NCBI RefSeq assembly: GCF_000002865.3
Contig: NW_001865083.1
Span: 204,852-225,827 of the forward strand
Length of the DNA: 20,976 bases
From: Monosiga brevicollis MX1
Taxonomy: Eukaryota
Direction of reading: 5' to 3'
Below the pieces are notes generated by a model, which saw nothing but the letters and a program-made list of their open reading frames with translations, ran no database searches and was not told the origin of the DNA. A program made the translations under genes and the position numbers. Below are positions 1-9,500 of this stretch, in pieces (within the stretch, counting starts at the first letter, position 1; each line of letters begins with the position of its first letter).

Positions 1-1994
1 TTCTCATCATTCACGTGGTCGCCCCCAAGGTCAACGCGGGCCATCGCCTCCACATTCCAGCTCTAACTGTCAGCGCCATCGGCCTTGGCATCAGCCTTCA
101 AACGTGCAAGCTCTCCACTGGCGACTTTCGCGTACGTTTGGGAAGAACTTGACGCAAAGAGAGGCAGATCAGAAAAGCAGAATGCGGTCAGAAAACAGGA
201 AGGAAAAAAAAAAAAAAATAAAACACTTCAGCGCTGGCATCGCATATTCTTACAGCCCTTTTTGTGTCGTCTGGCGTCCTCATTTATTTTCATCTTCAGC
301 TGCGATATGTTATTATTTGGCTCTTTGCTTCTGGTTTGCGAGCAGCCGTGCTCACCTCAACCTTGACCATGTCCCTTGGCCTCACTCTCAAAGAGCGCTA
401 CACTCGCGGGTACGCCTACTGCTGGACCGACCCTGTTTTGCATTAGACACACCATGGTGCCCGTGGACCATTCTCGCACACCAGACTCGTCGCCTGTTGT
501 CGGTGTGATGACCCCCGTTCCCCTGCTTTTTTCTCTTCCTTTTTCATTTTGTCTACAGGCAACAGCGAGCAGTTGCCGTTCTTGGCGTGCTCATGGCTTG
601 CGCCATGACGGCACTAGCCTGGTGGAGAATGGAGGAACATGAATTTACTTACCAAGATGACCTGCGGGGTGCCAACTGTTGGATTATCAACCGCATGTCG
701 CATAGCCATAACACGGCGCTCATCTTGGACATTGGTGTACAGGCCAGCGTTCTTGCCGTTCTCTCCGTTTCACTGGTTATCATGATTCGGGCCCGCAAAG
801 CTCGACAAGAGCTTGCCCAGAGCGACCTGAGTCATGATCTCTTGGCCTACGATCGGTTGGCCTCCAACTACAGCGTGGCATCCCAGATGGTTGACTATGA
901 TGACCAGGAAGCTCTCATGGCCGCGCGAGAAAAGCACGAAGACTATTTGAGCTACCGCGACTTGGTCTTTGTGGCTGTTGAGATTGTTTTTTACTTTATC
1001 GAGCTCATGACCCTGCTCTGGATTCTGGCGGGTGGTGTCGAACAAAAAGAGTTTGCACAGGTATGGCCCCGCCATCACCTTAGCTGGATAGGGTTGCAAT
1101 CTGAGGTTTGACAGTCTCATACAACCCATCCATTGTGTCAACTAGGTTCGCGTCCTGGACGTCTTTTTACTATCGGCTCAAGGTGTGTCTGCAGAAGCAA
1201 AGTACTTGCCATCAGGACGACTCGAGGCCGGGTGTCTCGCGCAGCGGCGCTGTTTTTTATGGGTTTGCCCTGACCTTTCTTTTTTGCGGGATTCGCCTTC
1301 TTGTAAATCCTTGTATTTAGGCGTCATCTTGTTTGCGGTGTTTGCCACCAAGCATCGCTATACGCTTCCGATGCGCAACCTGTTTCGCCGCATCGGACGG
1401 GCCATGGGTCTACAGAAAGAAAGCTACGGCGGCTTCAACTTTGATCGACTTGACCCCACCATCCGTCGTCGCGTCGACAAGTTTTTGGGGCTCCGCGCCG
1501 AGTTTGAGCGGGCTTATCCCCTTAAAAGCAGCATCTCCCGCAAGCTGGGCCCCTATGTACGTGGTGCACCATTTGTCAGACAGCGAATAACATCAATCCT
1601 CATCCCTTCGCCTTTTCTTTGGTCCAGATGTATTTTACAGCTGCGGATTTGATTTCGTTTTTGGTGCACACCAAATTGGCCGAGAGTCGCGATGAAGCAT
1701 TGGCGCATGCCATTGAGCTCATCCGCGTCGGCGAATTCGAGGTTGTCACCGGTCGCATCGTGCGCGACGACCCGTCGTTGCGCTGCCGCTTCTTGGACGA
1801 CGGCAACGAGGTATCCCTGCTCTGCGATGCTTGATCTCCCTATGCCTTTGCTCTTATCTGTTGGTGCCCGAGAGTTTTTTCTTTTTCTTGCTTTCTTTCT
1901 TTCTTTCTTTTTTGTTAATGAAGGTACACGCTCCTCTTGCTTGTAGGTGGAAATGACCACGCGGACCGCGACGCTGCGTGAGGCAGCCCGGTAG
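1..1994 (+). CDS. GPCR-like multi-pass membrane protein with C-terminal DEP domain (GPR155/LYCHOS-like), 5'-truncated by the window edge
   Basis: Phase-consistent GT-AG exons: <1-~131 (5' boundaries uncertain), 300-409, 559-1060, 1146-1182, 1321-1556, 1628-1810, 1947-1994 (TAG). Several hydrophobic helices. The last TM, VRVLDVFLLSAQGVILFAVFATKH, resembles the ..QG....IF.. TM7 of GPR155-type receptors. MYFTAADLISFLVHTKLAESRDEALAHAIELIRVGEFEVV..RDD..LRCRF fits the DEP consensus. Confidence 0.75.
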
Positions 1995-2672
1995 CAGGAT
2001 CCGCTACCCTGTACGAGTTTGTTTTCGGGTTGTTCAATGTTCACGTGTGGCGACGGCATGCTGTTCGGCTGAGCCTGCCCTTGTATCTGTCGCTCCCGTG
2101 TGTGCGCGCGTGCACGCGAGTGCCGTGCACCATCTCAAATAGGCCGAGATCCGGTTTGCTTCTGCCCTGTTTCTTCAATCTTGATTTGGTTCTTTTGCTG
2201 TTGTGTTCCGATTTTTTGCCTTTTCTTTTTTCTTTCTTTTTTTGGAGGAAAGCACGCCCGAGGCGTGCCAAGTGATGATTGTCCACGACGACTACCAAGC
2301 TGTCTTGGTCTTGTTTTTTCCACAAGTGGTTCCCACAAAGCATAAGGAGGCCGCTGTCCCAAAATCACACCCACACGCAAGTCCACACAAGTGTCATTTG
2401 TCTGTCTGTCTCTTCTTATAGGAAATAAAAGGTCATGATTCAAATTCCATGTACACGAACGCAGACTACAAGACCACTACACAAAACCCCAAAAGGGAAG
2501 AAGCGCCATGTTATGATGGCTTGCGCTGTCGAGCTTCTGCCGCCCCCAGTTGATCGTTCTGCCTTTCTCCCTGGCAGCCCGTGGCGGCCCGAATCCGTGA
2601 TATTGTGTGGCAGTGTCGATAGCGGGGATTCAATTTGTGCAAGGTTCGAAACGCCAAGTCTTTGAGCCGGCC

Positions 2673-3853
2673 TCAGTGCTCACTCAAAAGAAAAGGTGTT
2701 TTCCAGTTCCACTGGCCATCGTTGCGGTACCACGCGACCTTGTTGTCAGCCAGACTCGCACCGAGGACATCGAGGTTGCCGTCGTCGTCCAAGTCCGCCG
2801 CGTACACCGAGAAAGCGCTATTGGCCGCGGTGGAGATGACAATTTGTTCGGAAAAGGTGCCGCCGCCGTTGTTGCGGTACCATACAAACTGGTTATCGTT
2901 GCGGCTGGCGCCGAGGACGTCGAGGTCCCCGTCGAGGTCCAAGTCCGATGCGTACACCGAGATGGCACCACCAGCCGAGGCGGATATGACAATCTTTGCG
3001 GAAAATGTGCCGTTGCCGCTGTTGCGATACACGCAATCTGATTGTCATTGACACTGGCGCTGAGGACGTCGTTGTCGCCGTCGCCGTCCAAGTCCGCTGC
3101 GTACACCGAGCGGGCACTATTGGCCGCAGTGGTGATGATGTTTTGTGCAGAAAATGTGCCGTTGCCATCATTGCGGTACCACGCAATCTTGTTGTCGTAA
3201 GGACTGGCACTGAGGACGTCAAAGTCACCGTCACCGTCCAAATCCGCCGCAAACACTGAGGAAGCGCCTTTGGCGACCGTGGAGATGTTCATCTGTGTGG
3301 AAAAGGTGCCATTGCCGTTGTTGCGGTACCATGCAATTTTGTTGTCGGTGTAGCTGGCACTGAGGACGTCAGGATCGCCGTCCAAGTCCAAATCGGCTGC
3401 GTACACTGATTGAGCGCCACGGGCTGCGGTGGAGATGACGAGTGGTGCGGTAAAAGAGCCACCGCCGTTGTTGGGGTACCACGCAATTTTATTGTCGTCG
3501 GTACTGGCGCTGAGCACGTCGAGGTCACCGTCCAAGTCCAAGTCTGCTGCGTACACCGAGTAGGCACCATTGGCCATTAAGGAGATGACGATTTGCGGCG
3601 GCGCGCTCCACCACTTGTCAAAAAGGTAGGCGAGGGCGGATTCGACATCAACACCATTGACCACCACCTTTCCCCCAGTCGAGCTGAGCATCACGTCCCC
3701 GATCGAGTTGATGTGCAGCGTCCCAGCGTCATCCACCTCAATCGACGGCCCCTGACCCGCCACCACCCCCACACCCAGCGCCCAAACCAGCAGCACCAGC
3801 CCCAGGCCTCGACACCGTCCCGACACCGGCCCGACCCACGACAACTCATCATC
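2673..3853 (-). pseudogene. FG-GAP/VCBS-repeat (Ca-binding beta-propeller) secreted protein, frameshifted (pseudogene or assembly error)
   Basis: Six 50-aa repeats (A.SVYAADLD.DGD.DVLSAS..DNKIAWY.N.G.G.F) split between ORFs 2684..3991 and 2673..3032. The repeat anchor falls at 3551, 3401, 3251, 3101, 2952 and 2802 (spacing 150,150,150,149,150), so one base is missing at ~3030 (the TGG of IAWY is lost). Signal-peptide-like GLGLVLLVWALGVGVVAG near 3760-3810. Start codon uncertain. Confidence 0.85.
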
Positions 3854-4049
3854 CTGCAGTGTGTGTGTGGTGGACACAGAAGCGACAAAAAGAATCTGAC
3901 TAATCACAATAAAAATGATGACAATATTGTCAGAAGAAGAAGAGAAGTTCTCAAGCAAAGCAAGCCATGATCTCTCTCTCTCTCCACACAAGCAAACAAA
4001 ATCAAAAAAGAGAGAGAAAGAGAGAAAACGAACTCAAAGACTGGGACGT

Positions 4050-4253
4050 GTTCGGTTCGGTTCGGTTCGGTTCGGTTCGCTTCGGTTCGCTTCGGTTTGC
4101 TTCAGTTCAAGTTTGCTTCGGTTTGCTTCAGTTCAAGTTCGCTTCGGTTTGCTTCAGTTCAAGTTCGCTTCGGTTTGCTTCAGTTCAAGTTCGCTTCGGT
4201 TTGCTTCAGTTCAAGTTCGCTTCGGTTTGCTTCAGTTCGCTTCGGTTCGGTTC
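4050..4253. repeat. Minisatellite: (TTCGG)n flanks around ~5.5 copies of the 26-bp unit GCTTCGGTTTGCTTCAGTTCAAGTTC
   Basis: Units start at 4089, 4115, 4141, 4167, 4193 and 4219 (partial). TTCGG/TTCGC pentamers lie on both sides. No variable spacers. Confidence 0.95.
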
Positions 4254-4304
4254 ATTCTCACCGCAACTTTGGGTGGTCAGGAGTGACGGTGAGGGATCGG
4301 CGGG

Positions 4305-5861
4305 ATGGCACAACACATGGAGCATCATGAGGTGGAGACAAACTACGCGCCTGTGATGTATCCGGACGTGCTGATTATTTGCGCCAAGGTGGAGGAACGC
4401 AACGATGCCTTCGCGGCGATTCGCGATCTGCAGCGCGAGCGCCCCGACGCCAACGTGGAAGTGATTGGCGACCTCAATGCCAACCGAGTCTCCCTTGGTG
4501 GGAACGAGCTGGTGTATGGTGATCTGCACGTCGCAAACGGCCAGGTGCACGCCCCGTTTTTGGACGCAGAGCGCGTCACGCGCACGAGCTCGCAGCCGCG
4601 CGTCGGGGCCATTGGGCTTCGATGGGTCCTGGCCGCTGGCCCCCGACAAGGCCCCGAGTCGGGCGCCGCTGGCGTGGCTACGCTCCTGGCGCGGCTGCGC
4701 CCCCGAGCGGCTGTCATGCTGGGCATGTGTGCCGGTCGTCAGCGCAAGTTTTGCCTCGGAGACGTGGTCTGTGCTGGGGCAGCCACCCACATCTTAGAGG
4801 GCAAGCGCGAGGGGCAGGGCCTTGTGATGCTGGACCGGCGTCGCATGGAGGACTCGCGTGCCATGAATATCGCTCGCATCGTTGAGCAGAAGAGCCCCAA
4901 ATTCCGACAACACCTGTGCCCCAGGCCTCCAGGTTTGGCCCGACGGGTCATGTGCGCCGAGTTTGCCAGTGGACCCATGGTTGAGGAGAATGGTTCCATG
5001 TGGAAAGACGCCCTCGGACGGAGATGTGATGCCTACGACATGGAAGCATCGGCCCTGTTTACCGCTACAGAGCAATACCAGCAAGTATTTGACCGCCAGT
5101 TTTGGAACCTGGGCGTGGTCAAAGGCATCATGGACTTTGGCACCGCTGCTTCTCGTGGTGGCGAGGCACAGCCCACGTGCCCCAATGGCACCAAGGACTC
5201 GGCTCTGATTGAGTACCTTTTGGCCCTGCACTTTGACCATGCATCTGCATCCACTGATGAAGCAGCTGCACGTTTTGTGCCCGACAAGGACCAAATTGCC
5301 ACGCTCGCCGTGCGCAATGCCACGGTCGCCGTCTTTCTCGGCGTGTTGCCTGCCTATTGCCAGCAAGCGTCGCTCAGTGCCAAGCACATTTCTCTCGGTT
5401 GCCAATTCAGTGCAGCCAAGCAGGCCGAAAAGGACGCCAGCAACTTGCACAAGGCCTATAAAGATGCACTGATGCAGACCACGGCCGAGGTTGAAGCCGA
5501 GAGCAGCGATGGCCACCCCTTGCTCATGGGGCCAGTGCAAGTGACTCAAACGTATGATGCCGTGGGCAAGCAGAAGTTTACTCTCGAAGTCGCCCTCACG
5601 ACCATTCATGGACTTGATCTACCCGAGGACGTAGCGATGACAGTGCGGACTGCACTGCAAAATGCCAGTGACCAGCAGGTGCCACAGTCCCGAAACTTTG
5701 CCGTCAAGGTGATGGCCAGTAGCAATGTGCCAGTTGTGATGCGCGCCTTCTCCACTAGCTCCACAGCCGAGCCAGTCAACGAGTTGGCAGCCACAACCTC
5801 AGCAGAGGAGCCCCACCCGAAGCGAGCGCTGTTGATGAAACAAGAGCTCACTTCGGTGTAG
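4305..5861 (+). CDS. Intronless PNP_UDP_1 (purine nucleoside phosphorylase / MTA-SAH nucleosidase fold) protein with an uncharacterised C-terminal region
   Basis: Uninterrupted 518-aa ORF with family motifs in the expected order: DVLIICAKVEE; QGPESGAAGVATLLARLRPRAAVMLGMCAG...LGDVV; FASG; YDMEASAL; VVKGIMDFG. Confidence 0.88.
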   Translation: MAQHMEHHEVETNYAPVMYPDVLIICAKVEERNDAFAAIRDLQRERPDANVEVIGDLNANRVSLGGNELVYGDLHVANGQVHAPFLDAERVTRTSSQPRVGAIGLRWVLAAGPRQGPESGAAGVATLLARLRPRAAVMLGMCAGRQRKFCLGDVVCAGAATHILEGKREGQGLVMLDRRRMEDSRAMNIARIVEQKSPKFRQHLCPRPPGLARRVMCAEFASGPMVEENGSMWKDALGRRCDAYDMEASALFTATEQYQQVFDRQFWNLGVVKGIMDFGTAASRGGEAQPTCPNGTKDSALIEYLLALHFDHASASTDEAAARFVPDKDQIATLAVRNATVAVFLGVLPAYCQQASLSAKHISLGCQFSAAKQAEKDASNLHKAYKDALMQTTAEVEAESSDGHPLLMGPVQVTQTYDAVGKQKFTLEVALTTIHGLDLPEDVAMTVRTALQNASDQQVPQSRNFAVKVMASSNVPVVMRAFSTSSTAEPVNELAATTSAEEPHPKRALLMKQELTSV

Positions 5862-6410
5862 AAGCGTGTATCACATCAGATGCTGGTGTACCCCATTTGC
5901 ACATATGCACTCAGATGTGCACATGACCCCGATGTCCACATGTCAAAGAATTGTACACGTCAATGAGAAAGCCCTTACGCTCGACTTGCTGCTCGGCCCT
6001 CGACGCGCCTTGAACCTTGCGTTTTTGACCCTTGACCTGACCTTCGCTTCCCACACCTTGACACTATTTTCCACAAGAGTACAATCCCACGACAGTAGAT
6101 CCACTTGCATTTGACATACATCCGCATGCGGAAAGCATGACCTATGTAATGGGCAGAGACCAATGTTGACGTCGGGTGCGCCTGTATCCGTCGTGTTCAA
6201 GGGTGGATGTATTATACCAATGGCCGTGTCATCTGGGCAGAAGCATTCAAAGTCGATTCATTACAATAGCCTTGCAGACGACGCACTGCCGAAGCAACTG
6301 TGGCCATTCGTCATGGCGGTATTCGCGGTCGTTCCGCGGGCTTTTCCCGGTCTTCGCGGCCAGTTCGGTCGCCCTTGCCCTCCATAGGGATGATTAAAAC
6401 CTTTAAGCAC

Positions 6411-6468
6411 TTGTTCATGTTTTTAATAAAACTTTTACAAATTGTTGATGTTTTTAATAAAACTTTTA
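6411..6468. repeat. AT-rich 27-bp direct repeat (2 copies, 31-bp period) just upstream of the xylosyltransferase start
   Basis: TTGTTCATGTTTTTAATAAAACTTTTA (6411-6437) and TTGTTGATGTTTTTAATAAAACTTTTA (6442-6468) differ at one position. Degenerate partial copies flank them. Confidence 0.85.
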
Positions 6469-6524
6469 AATGTCGATGTTTAAATTCTTTGAATGCTATT
6501 TTCCATGTGTGCGGCACTGGCAGG

Positions 6525-9500
6525 ATGCGGCGCTGGATGTGCGCGCTGGTCGTGTTTGCGGGGCAGTTGGTGCTGTTTGGGGCGTTGAGTTTCGCCCTGT
6601 TGAGCTGGTTGGATGCGAGTAATGGTGGGTCGGAGGAGCCGGGGGTGGTCGGGCGGGGTGGGCGCCATTGGCATCCGCTGGCTCGTAGCACAGCCGAGGT
6701 GGTGGCGCCGCCCACGTTTGAAAGCCCCAGACCCGATGAGCTGCTGCACGGTGCAGGAGCGAGTGATCAAGGCCTCGCTGAAGATCTCTCCCAGATTGCT
6801 CGGTTTGTGCTGGGGCTGCCACATTTGCTACTTTGAACATGGTTTTGGGCCTGCGGCTGCGCCTATTCGTTGCTCACGACGTTTGGGATGCGCCTCCCGA
6901 CCTGCAGGGAGATTCAGGAGCGCCAGGAACACTTTGCAGCCGACCTGGCCGCCCTCAGCCCGCAAAACGTCCCGCGCGCTGCTGGTATGCGCACCTTGCT
7001 TTTTCTCAGCTCGGCTGAGACCAGCTACATCTCTGCACACCTCACCCGTTGCCTTGTAAACCTGCCCCAGAGCTTGGCGTTGATTTTACAAGTTTCAATT
7101 GGACCGCCTGTCCACTTGCTATTCACCCAGACGCCTCCTCAGCTTATCAGGTACCTCCCCCCAGCCCCTTCAGCCACCTGAAATCTTGCTCTGGTATCGT
7201 CGGCACGTGCTTACCATGAGCATCTCCGTCACTCTGCGCCAGCGTGCCCCGACCGAGCGCTGCAAAAAGTTGATTCATCAAACAACCTGCCTTCAAACCG
7301 TGAGTCGGCCTGTTTTGCGCCATGTTTGCATCGGCCTCTAACACTGCAGCTAACCTCTTGCTGACAGGCAGGGTTGCTCTATCCTCAACAACTCGGTGGC
7401 GGACGCACAAAGCGATGCCAGCTTCTCCCAGCCTCTGCTTACACGGCATGGTGGAAAGGTTCGGGTCCTTTTTGCCTGACCAAACTGGTTTATGCAACAT
7501 CGACGCCCCCACCTCGTTGCCTCACCGCTGCGGCGCGATTCGACTTGCTTAGGCCGCCTCAAACAAAATTCCAATCTTGTTTCATGGCCAAATGCTCCCA
7601 TTGATGATAATATGAACGACATGCAAGCACAGCAGTGGCTCGAATCCAGCCTACAACTCGTCGTGCGTCCTGTCTGCATGTGTCAGATCTTGTCGTCGTA
7701 GGAGTGGTGTTTTTTTTTTTTTTTTTTTTTTTTCCTTGAAGAACTCATGCACTTGCTTGGTAGGACGCGGCGTTAATGCCACCCTTGCGCATTCTCTTTA
7801 TGCTGGTTGTCCATGGACGAGACTACCGACAGCTGCAGCACGTTCTTAGAGCCATCTACCACCCCAATCACTACTACCTAATCCATGTCGAAGCGCGGTT
7901 CGTGCCGCACTGGCCAGCTTAACCTCAAACTTGGCTTGTACGCGCACGCACCCTGTCTGACCTTGGTTCATATTTACGCACTGCCTGGGTCTATTCATCT
8001 TAGTGCCAATCATCTCTATCACCAACTCAAGGCAGATCTCGCACGGTCTCGCCTCGTAAATGTTTTTCTCACCCAGTTTCGTCTGCCCACCATCTGGGGC
8101 GCCAGCAACCTGTACGAGGTACGTCACACACACAGCAACGCGCAGAATGCATGGTCCTCTCTGCAGCTCCTGTACATCTCATCTACAATGCCCAGGTGTA
8201 TCTGCGTGGCATGGCGCAGCTGGCGCATTTGAGCTGGGATTACTTTATCAATCTCAGCGGTGCCGATTTGCCGCTATGGTTTGTACCATGCCCCCAGCTT
8301 GGTCACCGCCGAGCCCTGAATTTTCTCCCGTTCCTCGTCCCCTCTGGTTTCTCTTACGCCCCCCGCTCGACTGCGCATTTCGCCATCATCAGGCCGATTG
8401 ATGATATTGTTCAGTTTCTATCGCCTGCCAGTGCCTTGGGAATCTCTTTTCTCAAATCTCACGGCAAGAATCACGATCGTTTCATTGCCAAGCAAGGACT
8501 AGATCGGTATACACCCAGCATCCTTCAAGTCTGCCCCGGCCTTTCTTCGTCTTCACGGTTCAGCTATGCCCATAAAGTGTCCTGACCTTTTCTGTGCTCG
8601 TGTCCCTCCCGGTTGCACGCAGAACGTTTGTGCTGTGCGATAATCACATGTATCGTCTGGAGAAACGCAAGCTGCCTTCGGACCTTGCCATGGAGGGGGG
8701 CAGCGATTGGTTTATGCTGCATCGGGAATTTTCAGACTTTGTGCTGGCCGATCCCCCTGTTGTTCAGGCCGCACGGTGAGTCTTTTGAATCTGATTCATC
8801 CTAGACCACACATCTGGGCTTGCTAGCTCGCCTCGCTCACCATCCTCACACAACGTGCTCCCATGCAAAAGTCGCTTCTACGACTTTTCCTTGCTCTCGG
8901 CCGAGTCCTTTTTTCACGTCGTCGCAGCCAGTGCGGACGGATTCTGCCATCGCACCCTGAGCAACAATTATAGGGTGGCCAATTGGCACCGGGAGCGGGG
9001 CTGTCAATGCCAGGTACAGCTGCGCCTTTGTGATACAGTCAATTTGGCAACGGTGCGCTTACTACATTGATCACTTGCTGCCCTCTGCATCCAGTACAAG
9101 GCAATTGTGGACTGGTGTGGTTGTTCTCCCATGGTCTACCGTCGGGAAGATCTCGCCATGCTGCAGGTGCGCTTCATGCTGTTGAGGGCCACCCGCCAGC
9201 GCCTCGGATCCTTACAACGTCTATGCCCACCTTCACCTGCTTGTGCATACCTGTCTGTGCATTCGCTCCATCGCTCATCGCATCACTCGCAGCGTCGCCG
9301 TCACCGTCCAGTCATGTTTGGACGAAAGTTTGACAGCACCATTAGTCACACCATCGTCGAAGAGGTTAGAAATACAGCTATGCCACCGCTCTGCGCTGAG
9401 CCAAAGTTCAGAAACTTGTTTCTTCATTGAAATGACCTCTAATTTTCCACAAACCGCTTTGATAGGTGGTGACCCGTTTGCTGCTTTTGCCGCCTCGTAA

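Noticed and set aside
2606..2657. tRNA or Pol III gene suggested by the B-box-like GGTTCGAAAC
   Set aside because: No cloverleaf, acceptor stem or convincing A-box could be built.
2673..3853. Integrin alpha ortholog
   Set aside because: Only six near-identical bacterial-style repeats; no thigh/calf domains, TM helix or GFFKR motif.
4050..4253. CRISPR array
   Set aside because: Units are head-to-tail with no unique spacers, there are no cas genes, and the context is eukaryotic.
4050..4253. Heat-shock element array (nTTCn)
   Set aside because: The TTC units are all direct repeats. Canonical HSEs need alternating nGAAn/nTTCn, and the satellite explains the pattern.
3915..4356. ORFs with RFASVQVRFGLLQFKFASVCFSSS repeats
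   Set aside because: They are translations of the stop-free satellite in all three frames.
4794..5609. 271-aa antisense ORF
   Set aside because: It overlaps the motif-bearing PNP gene and has no recognisable features; typical of GC-rich antisense frames.
5866..5960. Cluster of short palindromes (GTGCAC, ACATGT, TGTACA) after the PNP stop as a structured RNA or element end
   Set aside because: Only 6-10 bp words, with no extended stem and no matching terminal repeat on the other side of the island.
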